DNA of 64,000 nt from Octopus vulgaris (lineage: Eukaryota), in the NCBI GenBank assembly GCA_951406725.2, contig OX597817.1:67270001-67334000 (forward strand). The letters are read 5' to 3'. Under the pieces are notes generated by a model. That model had not been told where the DNA came from, made no database searches, and saw nothing but the letters and a program-made list of their open reading frames with translations. The translations under genes and the position numbers were made by a program. Position 1 is the first letter of the stretch, and every line of letters starts with the position of its first letter. Positions 13,346 to 27,520 of this stretch are shown in pieces.

Positions 13346-14944
13346 CAAAGTGTATGGGCGCGCAAGCATGCGTGTATGTGAGGATAATCCGTGCGTTTGT
13401 ATATATATATATGTGTGTATAGGCGAGCGCGTATGTATGTGTGTGGGTGGAAAGCACGTGTTGGAGTATGAAGATTATGTGAGCGTGTGTATGCGTATAT
13501 ATGAGAGCGCGTATGTGTATGAGTGTAAGAAACAAGTTCATGTACGTGTGTAGAGCGATGTGTGCCTGTGTACTCCGTGTATTTATGTGTGTATGTGTGT
13601 GTCTGCGTGCGTTTATGTGGACTCGTGTATATGAGAGAGAAAACGAGAGCGAGTAAAAGGAATAGTGATAATGAAACGTATACATAAACATAGAGCGTGG
13701 ACGATGATGATAACGATGATGATGACCATGACAAGCCTCTTCTTCCTCTTCCTTCTCCTCTTCCTCCCACTCCCCTCCTCCTCCCATCCTTCTCATCGTA
13801 ATCATCACCATCACATCATCAATATCATTATCATCACCGTCATCAATATCATAATCATCATCATCATCAAAATCGTCATCATCGTCGTCATCGTCGCCGT
13901 CGTCATTGTCGTCGTCGTCAATTTCAGAGATTACACTTTGTGGTTCCAGTGGAACAGCTTTTCCGGCGTGAGACCATATTCCGAATGGAATGCAAATTGC
14001 TCCCCACCCACCCACACATCTCATCTGAGGCTCAGACCCCCACCTCACCCCACCCATATCCAAGTTCACCATAGAAGTTAAAAAGAAACAAAAACAAACA
14101 AACAAAAACCCTAAGTCAATTCCACTTGAAGCCATTCTAACAATTCCATTCGTATTGTAACATTGAACTTCTACCGAGGAAACCTCAACAACAAGATGAA
14201 GAACAACAGCAGTGATTAGTTTGTCCTGAGACCACTGCTGAGTGTCAACACACTGCATGTCGGGAAGAGATCTAGCGCTGAAATTGCTGTGACATTAAAC
14301 CTAAACGTTAATGGATGTATGATGATTAGAATAATTGTATGGAGTCTAAGCTGAATAGTAATAGTAATAGACATTCGTAACCATTACTTTATTTTTTATT
14401 ATATTTAGTTTGCCTTTTTTTTTATCCATGTCACAATTACAGTCTTTCTTGCTGTTGATGCCACCATTTTCAATATCAACGGTGATGTTTTTGAGACTGT
14501 TGTTATTGTTGTTTGAGACTGTTGTTATTATTGTAATTGATGATGATGATGATGATGATAATGATGATGGTAATGACAACGACGATGATGATGGCGATGA
14601 GGACGATAACGACGACGATGATGATGATCATGGTGATGATGATGATGTCGTCGCTGATGCTCTTCATATTGTAGTTGTTATTGTGGTGTTGTTCTTTAGC
14701 CTCAGATCCGACTTGACTGAGCAGGCCTTCGAATGATAAACGACGTTCCAACTGTAACTACCACATCGTTACTTTTACTTTTTAGGTCGTGTGGTGTTGA
14801 TCCAAACAACGTTATAATATTGTCAATACTCTTTCTAGGCGGTTGTACGTCGTATGAAGGAGATTGGCTGTTTGTTTTTGGCCAGTAGATCGACTGACCA
14901 CTCAGAAGCTCTTTCGCTGGTTCGACAGGCTAGGTATTATTACA

Positions 14945-15460
14945 ACATTGCACCGGACAAAATGCTTAGCGGCATTTCTTCTGATTTTACGTTCTGTGTT
15001 CAAATTCCGCTTCGGTCGACTTTGGCTTTTCATCTTTTCGGGGTCGATAAAATAAGTAGCAGTTAAGGTTGATGTGATCGACTTGCCCCCTTCCCCGAAA
15101 CTGCTGCCCTTATACCTACAGCAGAAAGAATTATTACAATAGCGCTTCGGACAAAATGCTTTGCGGCGTTGCTTCTCGTTCTTTGCACTTTCAGTTCAAA
15201 TTCTGCCGTGCCTTACATTCTTTCAGCGTCGATAAAAAAGTACTAGATGAGTACTGAGGTCAATGTAGTCGACTAACCCCATTTCCATTAAAATTGCTTA
15301 CATTGTGCCCAAATATAAAAGAATTATTACATCATGTTTACACTTCATTACGTTCTGAGTTTAAATCTGCTGATTACAGTTTTCAGGGTAGATTAAATAA
15401 TGTAGTAGTCAAGTACTGATGGTCCATTGAATCAACTAACATCTCTCCCCCATGAAAATA
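14945..15460 (+). mobile_element. Three tandem decayed copies of SINE family B
   Basis: Repeated AAATGCTTAGCGGCATTT..GTTCAAATTC(C/T)GC..GGGGTCGATAAAATAAGTA blocks. Confidence 0.8.
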
Positions 15461-15584
15461 TTGTATTCTTGCAGTGGTGAAAATTAATTTATTTCGTTTT
15501 GAAATTATTTTGTGATTAGGCACACCTGCTTGTTTGCATTGTAATAAGTAACACTAACTTCCGCTGCTTTTTCTTTGGGGCGCC

Positions 15585-16990
15585 TGGATTTTCTTAATAT
15601 GCTTATCAAAGGGATAAGCGCAATGACGAAAAGTAATAGAAAGAGCGAGTTTCCCTGAAAAATGCCCCTGTGTATTTTCACATCGCCCAACGATTCATTT
15701 GCACATGTTCGTTTCCGCTTCCCACACTCATTGCTTTCTCCATTGTTTATCTTCCCATTGACTCCTAGCATTTTCAGACACTCCAAGAGTCAGCTGTGTG
15801 GGATATTGCCGTAAGCCTTGCTATAATCTATCCATCCAACAGCTAAATTCCTCTTCTACTATTTATATATCGCACATCAGTTCCCCTGGATTCCTTCCTA
15901 CATCCTTTTTGTTCCTCTGGCAATAGATTCTCCTTTTCCATAAAATTGTGTACTTCCATCTGTTATGAGGCCAGTTAATATTTTCCAGGGTAATGGTAAG
16001 CAAGTAATAGGTCTATAATTGCCGACTTTTCCTCTCTGTTTTTTTTTTTTTCTTTTTTTTACTTCTGTGCCAGCACTGCCCTTCCTTTTTTCATCTATTT
16101 AGTGTTCCATTTTTTATGCAGGCAGTGAAAAATGGTCGTATATAACTATGTATACTTGGGAGATTTTTAAGCTAGAAACCTTGGACACCATATGATCAGG
16201 GGGATTCCATTTTGATTATTATATTTTCTTGTGTTACTTCAGCTTTCATTTCTCTTTTAAATTTCCGTAACCAGTCGGCTTCTGTATTTTGTTGGATTTT
16301 TTTGCTCCAGATTTCTGCTCAGAATTTCCTTGCTGCTTAAGTATCTGACATATCACTTCCCTGATGTTCCTCTCCATTGTTCAATTGTTTATAGACTTTT
16401 CTTTCGTTGTTCTTGGATAGTCTATTCTGTTGGTCCTGGTTTGTTCCCTGTTGGTAATCTGTCCCCCCCCCCTGACACTGCTTTGATTTTGTTTTAGTTC
16501 GTCTTTAACTGCTTGCAGTCGTTTGTGCTTTATGTTGTACTTTCCTTTGCAGTTCGTTCCTATGTCTTTGCCTCATCCTCTTCTTTTTTATGATTGCATT
16601 TATCCGTCAAGGTCTCTCTTGAGCTGTTCAATTTGATTCTCAAATCTTCGCTCCTACCATGGGGCTTTGTTCTTTGCTTTTCTTTCACTTTTAACCCCAA
16701 AACTTTGCTCAGCGACAGAGGTTGTGCAATATATAAGACTGTCTAGATTTGTTATGTTTTCGATGTAGATTTTTGCTCACGGTTCGTCAATCTTTTTCAC
16801 TACTTTATGCAGTTTCTCTCTTTCGATTTCTCTCAGAGCTGGCAGCCTCTTTCATACGCTGTTTCGCGCCTCATTCAGATGTAGTAGTAAGCCTCTTTCT
16901 TCCTCTGTTACAACTTTTCCTTCCACAAAGTAAAATTTACCATCATTCGAGTAGTTGTTTCTTTTGTGGGGAGTTACTGGTCTCTGCTAA
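15585..16990 (-). mobile_element. R4/Dong-clade non-LTR retrotransposon, decayed RT region
   Basis: Minus strand gives GNYRPITCLPLPWKILTG, LLPEEQKGCRK, WIDYSKAY..PHS.LLECLK and RGIFQGNSL..LLFVIALIPL, with many stops and frameshifts. Confidence 0.88.
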
Positions 16991-17688
16991 TTCCTGTCCT
17001 TGCTCTGCTTTTATTCTTCTTGTTCAGCGTAGTCACGTTCACACTCTTTCACTATTTTAGAGATAGTGTTTTTATTGAAGCACTATCTCTAAGGGGTTGC
17101 CAGCCAAGGCTAAAATGACTCTCTTCCCACTGTGTAGATTTATCCTCATGAAGATGTTCCCTACCGGGATGTTAGAGCTTAATAGGAGGATAATAATTAG
17201 TACATTCGATTTTAGTATAGAAAACAGGCAAGTTAAAACGAAACTTACGTCATTTCCCCCCGAGTTACATGCAATTCATTTTATAATCTTTATGATCTTT
17301 CAAATATCAATTACAAATAGTAGGCGTGGGTATTATTGGTTAACTGCAGAATCTTTAAATTCTCTTTTTAATGATAAATAAACATTTCAGCAAAGATTAT
17401 CGAGAAAAATAGAAATATTTATATTTTTATGGTGCTTCATACATTTGAAACTTTACTAAATTCTTTTGATGGGTTCAAACCGAACGTTTTTGAGATTGGG
17501 ATCGGTGGACAAGATGAGCACTAAAGATAGCCCTCCGTTTTGAAATGGTTCCCTGGGAAACCTTAATTATCTCGTACATAAGTACGCATGTGTTTTGTGT
17601 TTTGTATGCATTTGTGTTTGCCTTTTACACTCTCTACATGTACGCATGGATGCACAGATATATTATATGTATGTATGCATGTATGTTT

Positions 17689-17737
<49 letters not shown>

Positions 17738-18219
17738 ATATATATATGCACGCACGCGTGTATGTATGTGTGTTAGCGCGTGTGTGTGTATGCATGTAGT
17801 TATGTGTGAGCTTGCATATATGTATGTATTATGTGTGTGCGTACATTTACTCATACACACTCACATGTATATATACATGTGTATATATATATATATATCC
17901 GCTTTTGATTTTGTTGTTTGAATATATATGTACTCGATAACGATATAGCTTTATCTAAAAAAAAATAACATTATCCTGAGAGATGCTGAACCAATATCCC
18001 TACGCTGTACACTCAATGTAGAAAGTTACTATGTAGGCTTCCTCAACTTCTAGTAGTCTATGTGATTTTTTTCTTCGGTCAATGGAAAACAAAACCAAAG
18101 TTGTATGAGAGCCAGGTGAAATGGGCAAGCTATTTATGCATAACAGAATTTAAACATATATTATTTGTATGGTTTATTTATTAGAAGATATCTAGTAGGT
18201 CAATATTTCCGGGGATTGG

Positions 18220-18271
<52 letters not shown>

Positions 18272-19148
18272 AATAGTATTAAACGCAAAATAGAATCAAA
18301 CATATGAATTTGGAACTCTTTGAGTTTAGGACATAACTTTCGCTTTTGTTTGTCAGATAAAAATAAGTTTGGCAACTGACGGATTCTGAAGTCGTGCCAG
18401 CGGTCAAATTAGCTGCTTTCCGCTAGAAATATTTGTGTTGTGAGCCTCTTTACGTGTGTGCTGCGCGCACGCGCGCGCGTGAGTGTGTGTGTATGTGTGT
18501 GTGTGCGCGCGCGCATGTACATATGTGTGTGTGTGATTCTCATCGCTATATATTGACAAAGAATATAAATATCGATGAGAAAACCGAAAAGTCAGTATCT
18601 TATGAACACAGTCGCTTCAGATATTTGTTCTGTGACGAATTACAAACACTCCCCTTTCATTCTCAGCATCAAAAATACAGTGAACCAGCCGTTTGTCAGT
18701 TGGAAACGTAATGAAAGACGCAATACAAAATGTAAAAAAAATCGATGCTTTTTCCGTAGCATCTGCTAGCGCTACGTAAGTTATATACAAACCTTGATAT
18801 GACTAACACAGATCTTGTGTATTTCTATAAATGTATAAAGACAATGAACATTTTTATTCAACTTCTTACATGCCCAGTTTAATTTTTCAATGTATATTTT
18901 CGTTTTTAGATTTTATGGAACTGCCAAGCAAGTCAGTTGATAAGAGAAACTTGAGAGAAAGTGTCTAAGAAAATGAGAGAAAAGTGGAATATTACATATG
19001 TGTATGTATGCATGTATATACGTATATATATTTGTATGTTTGTATGCATGTATGTATGTATATATGTGTGTGTGTACACATTATAATGTATATATACAAT
19101 ATATGTATGCGCATATACTATTTATAATATATATGTATATCATATATA

Positions 19149-19360
19149 CTCTTTTACTTTTCTACTCTATTTACACGTTTCAGTGCACCACCTTTAGTCG
19201 AAGAAATCGACCCCATGACTTATTCTTTTTAAGGTTGGCACTTATTCTATCGGTTTCTTTTTCCGAAACGCTAAGTTTCGGGGAGATAAACACGCCAACA
19301 TCTGTTGTCAAGTGATAATGGAGGGGACAAAGACATAAAGACACACACACATAAGTATAC

Positions 19361-19437
<77 letters not shown>

Positions 19438-19560
19438 TATATCAATATATAGAGACGACGGGTTTCTTTCCTTTTACGTCTACCAAATCCACCCACAAGG
19501 CTTTTGTCTGTCCGAGGCTATAGTAGAAGACACTTGTCCAAATGTCACACAGTGGGACAG
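19149..19560 (-). mobile_element. SINE family A copy
   Basis: Reverse-complement homology to 3447-3862. Confidence 0.85.
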
Positions 19561-20139
19561 ACAAAGACATTTAATGTAGCTATATAATAATAAGAAGGTG
19601 TACATAGTCTCTAACAGCTGTTTCTAGAATATCCCAGCTACTGGAACATCGTGTCGAGCGAGGATTCCATAGGCCGAGTATTGCGTCATACCTACATACT
19701 CAAGGGGAAGCCACTTCTAGCGGCTTTAGAAAGGCAGTCACAATATCGCATGTTCAACTGCAATTCAAATCAGAATTTAGGTGGTGTACCAAACTGAACA
19801 CTCAGAGTGCACTCCTTTTAGGTTGAGCCACCCTTACTGTTGTAATTCAACGTCGGACTGTTATATCGTCCATTCCAGTATAGCAGTATAGTTAGTTAGA
19901 CGAGAAAGACACGACTATCTATGACCGACTACCCCGACTTCTCGACGTCACAATATTTGTAACGATTAATACATACCACTCATCACGTGGGAGGGGTGTT
20001 CTATTATCATTATCCTATATTTCCCCTTATAATATACTTTTTCTTAGGGCGTGTAACTTATTTCTTTTTATTTGCAATAATCTTTACATAACCCCACCGC
20101 CCGTTTTTGAGTTTTTTTTCATACAATTACAAATTAAAT

Positions 20140-21150
20140 TGTTTTTTTCGTTTGCCTCCCACTTTCAGGAACTCTATACATTTTCTTTTTCTATCGCTTG
20201 TGCGTCTGAGTTCAATTATTAGTACTTAAAAAGTATTGTATAACCATTCCATCGATTCTTCATTTCTCTTGGTTTCGCTCATAACGAATCTTTTTTTCAG
20301 TTGATTTATGTGTCCCTTGTATACCCCTTTTCTTCCTTTTACCAAGTATAGCATTTTTTACTATGCGTTTGGTAATCACGCCATATTCCCAACTTTGTTT
20401 TCCGTTCTTATATGCCCTAACAAATGCATTTTCACCAATTTTGAAATAGCTTGCTATTATTATTCATTGCAAATTTTCTTTACTTGCTAGGTAACAATTT
20501 GGCGAAGACTGATTTTATTTTCCTCGCAAACATCAGCTTTGCTGGTGACAAATCTGCTGGTGTATTTGGATTTGGTGTCACACAATATACTTGTAAGAAT
20601 TGTTGTAAAGCTACCTCATCCATGACTTCCTTATTCGACTTTCTTAGAGCTCTCTTGAACGTATCGACAAAGCGTTCTGCTTGTTGGTTAGATCTGAGAT
20701 GGTATGGCGCCGTAGTTACATGTTCTTCAGTGAACCTTTTGCAAAACATTTTAAACTCAAAAGACACAAACTGCGTTCCATTGTCAGACACTATCGTGTC
20801 TGCGACGTCAAATCTCACGAACAGCTCATGTAGAGAGTTTGTCGTAGTTGAGGAGGTTCGCTTTCTACATTTACTAATTTCTGGCTATTTAGAGAAACTA
20901 TTAACTACCATTAAGTAGTATGAACCATTTAAAGGACCAATGAAATCGATGTGTAGTCTCGACCACAGAACATTTACTTCTGGCCAAGGTTCATTTTTTT
21001 TATCGTCGGTATTTTGCTGCTAGAGCACATCCTCCACAGCCTTTCACTAAATGTTCGATTTTTCTATACATTTTTGGCCAGTACACGTAGCTACTCATTA
21101 AAGCATTCATCCTCGAAATATCAGGACGTCCAACATGGAATTTTCTCAAC
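20140..21150 (-). mobile_element. Ty3/Gypsy LTR retrotransposon integrase remnant
   Basis: WSRLHIDFIGP, IVSDNGTQF, TTAPYH..SNQQAERFVDTFKRAL and SPAKLMF.RK form the DDE integrase core, with stops. Confidence 0.92.
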
Positions 21151-21223
21151 ATTTTCTTTTGCATATATGTATATATTATTTATATTATTATGTTTGAACG
21201 CACGCGTCCATTTCCGGGTATGT

Positions 21224-21341
<118 letters not shown>

Positions 21342-21360
21342 GTCTATCTATCTGTGTGTG

Positions 21361-21406
<46 letters not shown>

Positions 21407-21434
21407 TGTATGTATCTATCTATCTATCTATCTA

Positions 21435-21496
<62 letters not shown>

Positions 21497-21827
21497 CAAC
21501 ATCAACTAATTTCGAAAATGGTGAAGTGCTGAATAATTTGTATATATATATATATATTTGCACACATATATATAAATATATACATTTATTTATACATACA
21601 TATATATAAATATACATACATACATACACACGTAAAATCGTAGAAATGACACACAGCCTGTTCGAGTTAGATAAAAGAGTTGAAGCTATGGATCGCTGAT
21701 GTTTCTCAATCATTTTCTTATATGAAATTTTCAGAACAGACGACAATGTGGTGAAAACAAAACAGATAAAAACCACAGAAGCTGTCATCATTGTATCTCC
21801 TTGTGTGCATTGTTGTGCCCGGTGTTA

Positions 21828-21942
21828 TTCGTGTTATTGCCGCTGCTGCTGTTGTTATTGTTTTTGTTGTTGTTGTTGTTGCTATTGTTGTTTTTGTTGT
21901 TATTGCTGCTGCTGTTGTTGTTGTTGTTGTTGTTGTTGTTGT
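21828..21942. repeat. (TTG/CTG)n trinucleotide repeat
   Basis: Directly visible. Confidence 0.95.
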
Positions 21943-22381
21943 CACTGTCAACTCCTTTATCGTCTACGAGTTTGTTTCAGACCTGTTTACATGAAGATTA
22001 CAAACATTGAGGCTGTTTCATCTTTAGAACTGACATCGGAATAAGGTGCGTGTGCGTATGTGTGTGTGTGTATTTGAATGCGTGTACGCCGTGAGAAACA
22101 AAGGCCAAGAGAGAGAGAGAGAGGGGGGAGAGATAAGGAGTGAGACAGACAGACAGACAGACAGAGTGAGTGAGTAACAAGCAAACAGACAGACAGACAG
22201 ACAGACAGTGAGCGTGTTATTTGTGTTTCTTTTGCGTGTACGCTTCAGTGTGGACTTATACGGTTGTCTATTTATTTTTCATGTGTGTTTTGGAGTGTGT
22301 GAGTTTCTTTTATATGTGTATGTGTGTCTTTGAGTGTCTTGGATTGTTAATGCGCGCGCGCGTGTGTGTGTGAGTGTGTGG

Positions 22382-22429
<48 letters not shown>

Positions 22430-22808
22430 CTATGTATGTGTATGTGTATGTGTGTCTGCGTGTACGTTGTGTGTGCGTGTGTTTGTATCTCTGCTTTTAA
22501 GTTTGCGTAAATACGTTCGTTGACGCGTTATCAAATGTGCGTTTGCGTGATCGAGTAAGTGTGTGTGTGTTAGTGTGTGTGTGTCTGTGTGTGCTGTGTA
22601 TGTTTATATACATGTATTAATGGTGATGCGTTTTTAGGTTGTGTGTGTGCGTTTGTGCTGTACATGTTTACATGTGTTTCTGGGCATGCATGTCAGTATG
22701 TACGTGTATTTGTACGTATGTATGTATGTATGTATGTATGTATGTATGTATGTATGTATGTATGTATGTATGTATGTATGATGTATACACGTGTGTCTGT
22801 TTGTATAC

Positions 22809-22853
<45 letters not shown>

Positions 22854-23139
22854 GGAAAGATCTGATGAGCTTGAAGCGTTTGATGTGTATATACTTGTAT
22901 GAATGTAATTATTCTAACAAGTGTACGTGCGTATGTGTACCTGCGCATGTGCATCTATGCGTGTGTATGTCAGTGTGAGCCTGCATCCGTGATAAGAGGA
23001 TCTAATGAAGAGAGGAATCAACAAAAAAGAACCTCTTATAGTAAACCTATTGAGACGAACCCCACATGGTTCTATGATACAAACCTCTTGTTTTAAAGTG
23101 ATCTTAAATTAAAGCCTTCCATTTTTGTCCTTTAATATT

Positions 23140-23345
23140 CACTTGCTTCAGTCTATGGACTGCGGCCATGCTACAGCATCGCATTGAAAGGTTTGTAGTC
23201 GATCAAATCAACTCCAGTCTTTATGTTTTAACTCCAGTACTTATTCTAGCGGTCACTTATGCCGAACCGCTAATTTACGGGACGTAAACAAACCAATGCT
23301 GGTTGTTAGGCGGTGGTGAAGCACAAACACAGGCACAAAGACACA
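23140..23345 (-). mobile_element. SINE family A, 3' half
   Basis: Homology to the reverse complement of 3660-3835. Confidence 0.8.
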
Positions 23346-23649
23346 CACACATATATTTATATGTGTGTGTGTGCAAAGACATGTGTAGTTATATATATAT
23401 ATATATATATAAATAGGTGAATGAATTATCCTATGTTTATCGTCAGGATGGAAAATTCGTTTAACCAAAGCCTGGGTAGGAAATTCACGTCAGAAACACG
23501 GTTGAAGCGACCTGTCCAAGGGTAGAAACTCCGGGTTCATGTGCAGAAATTTGTGTGTTGTATATGAATAAATGAAAGAATGGAGTCGAACGAAGATGTT
23601 AACAAAATTCCTTTACTCTCGACATGTTTCGAAGACAACATGTTTTCAT

Positions 23650-24160
23650 TCCAAAGGAATAAAGGGTGCATTATGCAATCTTCTCATCAGGAAAGAAAGG
23701 GAGCCTCTCTCGACAACAAGACAAACAAAAATTTCGATGACTGCCTACATGGTAACCAAAACGATAATGAGTGTTTTTTAAAAAAACCGTTAGAAATATA
23801 TATATATATATATAACCACTAAAGACACCGTTTCGACGAAGAAATACGTGGGCCTTACAGAGGGTAATTTCAAGGCCAGGTTCAATAACCACACCTTGAG
23901 TTTTAGGCACCGGAACAAAAGAAAAGCGACAAAATTATCTAATCATATTTGGTCTTTAAAAGATAAAGGTGTCGATTATAACATCCATTGGAAGATTTGG
24001 GCCAAATGTAAGCCCTACACCAACGGCAGCAGAAAGTGCGGTCTATGCGACATGGAGAGATGGCTTATCTGGAAAAGGAGCTTAGACCCTACTACATGTC
24101 TAAACTCAAGGACAGAACTTTTCGGATGATGCCCATACGTGACAAAATTTTTGTTACGTT
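23650..24160 (+). mobile_element. Penelope-like element GIY-YIG endonuclease remnant
   Basis: YVGLTEGNFKARFNNHTLSF..ATKLSNHIWSLKD..YNIHWKI..KCGLCDME..LNSRTELFG*C is a typical PLE endonuclease C-terminus. Confidence 0.88.
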
Positions 24161-24483
24161 TTTGGTCCCCTAAAGAAAACCGATAGAACTTGCTTTCTAT
24201 ATTATGTCCCAAAAAGTTTTTTTATCTCATTATACCTTTTATTAATATGTAGTCCAATATTAATCAAAGATATTTTTCACATAGATGACACCTAAACCTA
24301 TCCAGTCTGAACTTTGTAGCAGGAAACAAAAAGGAACAGCTCAATCCAATTCACTATTTCACTAGAAACAGTTCCAGAAAGAAAACTAATCATGCTAAAG
24401 GTGGTGCTCCAGCATGGCCTCAGCCTCTGACTGAAACCAGTAAAGTAAAGTAAAAAAAAATATATATAATATTATATTATATA

Positions 24484-24780
24484 TCATCATCATCATCATC
24501 GTTTAACGTCCGTTTTCCGCGCTAGCACGGGTTGGACGGTTCGACCGGGGTCTGGGGAGCCAGGGGCTGCCCCAGGCTCCAGTCTGATCTGGCAGTGTTT
24601 CTACAGCTGGATGCCCTTCCTAACACCAACCACTCCGCGAGTGTAGTGGGTGCTTTTTACGTGCCACCTGCACAGGTGCCAGAGGGGTCTGGCACCGGCC
24701 ACGATCAGTTGGTGCTTTTTTTTTTTTTTTGTGCTACCGGCACAGAAGCCAGTGAAGGCGGTGCTGGCATCGGTCACGTT
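24484..24780 (-). mobile_element. 3' part of a retroposon (SINE or RTE-type tail) ending in (GAT)n
   Basis: Minus strand GGTGTTAGGAAGGGCATCCAGCTGTAGAAAC..GGACGTTAAACGATGATGATG. Confidence 0.65.
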
Positions 24781-25151
24781 CTATATTATATATATATATA
24801 TATTATATTATATTATATTATATATATATAATATTATATTATATATATAAAATATTATATTATATTATATATATATAATATCATATTATATATATAAAAT
24901 ATTATATTATATTATATATATATATATAATATTATATTATATATATTATATTATATTATATTATATATATATTATATTATATTATATTATATATATATAT
25001 ATATATATTATATTATATTATATATATACATATATTATATTATATATATATATATATATATATATTATATTATATTATATATATATTATATTATATTATA
25101 TTATATATATATATTATATTATATTATATATATATATATATATATTATTAT

Positions 25152-25191
<40 letters not shown>

Positions 25192-25250
25192 ATATTATAT
25201 ATATTATATATTATATATTATATATATATCTATAAAATAATATGTTACAA
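24781..25250. repeat. (TATAT/TA)n low-complexity tract
   Basis: Directly visible. Confidence 0.95.
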
Positions 25251-25264
25251 TTACTCAATAGTCA

Positions 25265-25327
25265 AGATAAAACTCTGAGTTTCAGATACCGAAGCGGAAA
25301 TCCACAACACCATCTCTTCTGTTATCT
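25265..25327 (-). ncRNA. Degenerate type-I hammerhead motif
   Basis: AGAUAA-CAGAAGA-GAU...AUCU-GAAA-CUCAGAG-UU-UUAUCU: 6-bp stem I, near-palindromic stem III, U4A core change. Confidence 0.6.
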
Positions 25328-25954
25328 GGCCATCTGAAAAATGCTATGAAAAAATACCGTTATATAAAGTATTTTTCCATTTTATTAGGGTTTTTTTTTT
25401 TGGGGGGGGGGGGTGCATATGTATATTCATTTTTTGTATATGCGTGTGTGTGTATGCGTATATAAACATGTGCGGGTATGTACATATATAGGCGTGTGTG
25501 TGTATGAGTGCATAAGGGCATGTCCGTATATGAACGTGGTTTTTATGCTTTGTATACTTCCTTATGTTTTTTCTGTTACCTTTAACCATGATTTTTCTTG
25601 TGTTTGTGCGTATATAGACGTATGTATGAACTTTTACGGTTCGCGTGTGTGTGTGTATGAGTTTGTATATATATGCGTATATATTTGGCGAAAAATGCGA
25701 GTGAAGATGTGTACGTTTTCATAGTGACGTATATACATGCATGCATACATACATATTTATATATATTTTTTTAATTTAATTTAATTTTATTTTATCTAGT
25801 TTCAGCTCACAAGCTCACATGCTGGGGTACCGCCATATATACATAATAATATAAATAATATATAAATATATCCATATATACATACATATATGTACATACC
25901 TACATATATATATGTACATACCTACATATATATATGTATATATACATGCATATA

Positions 25955-26460
25955 TGGGTACAGGACATAAAAAAAAGTTGAACACAATGAGAAAGGAAAA
26001 CATAAAAACAAAAACATGGAAACGAACTTTTTTTTCGAACAACGAAAAAAACAGAGAAACGAGACATGCAACATAAAGAATATTCCCCTTCATCAGTTGT
26101 CCCTATTTCATCTACTCCGCGTTCCGAAGGTAAGAATAATACGCGATTTCGTTGAAATAGTCCTTCCCGCAAAGCAAATTAAATAAAATTTGGAATTTTT
26201 TTGCGCAGGATGAAAGTGGTAACAAGAACAGTACAGTGAGAACAAGACAGTAAACAAAAAAAAAAAAAAAAACAAACAAACGGTGAGGGCTGTTAAGCTA
26301 AGACAATAGAAAAAATTATTATGAGCGCTTGGAGGACGAACTATGAGAGGAGACAGGTATAAGCACGTTTTATCTTTAGGAAGGAAGTGGACAGAAAGAT
26401 AGGTTCCCTTTCGTCGCGTGTCAGCAACGAGAGAGTCAAGGAGGAAGAGTGCAGGTGGTA
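25955..26460. mobile_element. Interspersed repeat related to 40778-41313 and 62688-62740 (probably PLE-derived)
   Basis: Shared GGGTACAGG(A/G)CA start and shared CCCGCAAAGCAAATTAAATAAAATTTGG block with the 40778 copy. Confidence 0.6.
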
Positions 26461-27409
26461 TGAGAAGTCAATGTATTTGATCACTTCTCATTCTTGGATT
26501 ATGCACGTTTCGCATCATCTTGAAATAATAATTACAGTGTATAATAAATTATATTTGCATGCCTGCACGTACATACATCCTATGCCTTATACAGTACAGT
26601 TGTATATTCACCTACTAATGCAGATAAAGAAAGCTAACTCATCAAATCACCAGAACATCATGGTTACATTAATGATTCAACTCCAAGTATATATATAGAA
26701 TATTGTCTTTATATATGCAATGTATGGAAAATTGACATTGGGTAAAATGTGTTTGGCATAATCAGTAAAAATAGATATATTGTTTCATATCAATTAAGGT
26801 TCTGAATCTAATCTCAGGGAATTGGCGTTATCAAAAATGGGGACGGATAAGGAGACGAAGTAAAGTAGTTATAGCAAATATATAAAAATAAATTTAAATA
26901 ATATATGCAAGTACATATAAAAATATAATACAAATGAATTCAATAGGGATGAGACAGCTGTATGCATGATGATTAAACCAAGAGGTAGTATTGAATAGTA
27001 ATTTTGAAATAGAGTTAAAAGTTCAAAAGACTACACATGAAAGCTGATGGACTTTAAATTTTCTAACTACACCTCAAAATACTTTCTGCCCCTATGAGCT
27101 TTAGTGAAAGTAAAATAATTCTCATACCTACACAGAAGCACATAGACATAAGCATTAGAATACTGAAAAAAACCACATACACACTCGCACAGCTGTATAC
27201 TCTTATACCCATTAATATACTTATAGACTACACGAGGACAAGCATTATTACACACCCGAACATCTATGTATATAAACACATAAGTATGAATACATACACA
27301 CATATAAATACATATAAAATACATACATATACACACTGTATAGTCTTACATACAAATTTATGCATCAAATACATATGTATATATATGTTACCTATAAATA
27401 TATGTACGT

Positions 27410-27520
27410 AATATATTTTTCCCCTTCTATGAATGTTCACAGAACACCTCAGTACAGCAAAGAATGAATAAAGAAGCAATTTTCATCAATAAATATCATC
27501 CACAACTTAACATGAACATA
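27410..27520 (+). mobile_element. Extreme C-terminus of a Penelope-like ORF
   Basis: FPFYECSQNTSVQQRMNKEAIFINKYHPQLN matches the R..KE..FI....P.LN ending of PLE GIY-YIG domains. Confidence 0.6.

Noticed and set aside
13191-14258. 355-aa ORF with acidic runs
   Set aside because: Built from (CA)n, (GAT)n and (GGA)n repeats, with no domain signal.
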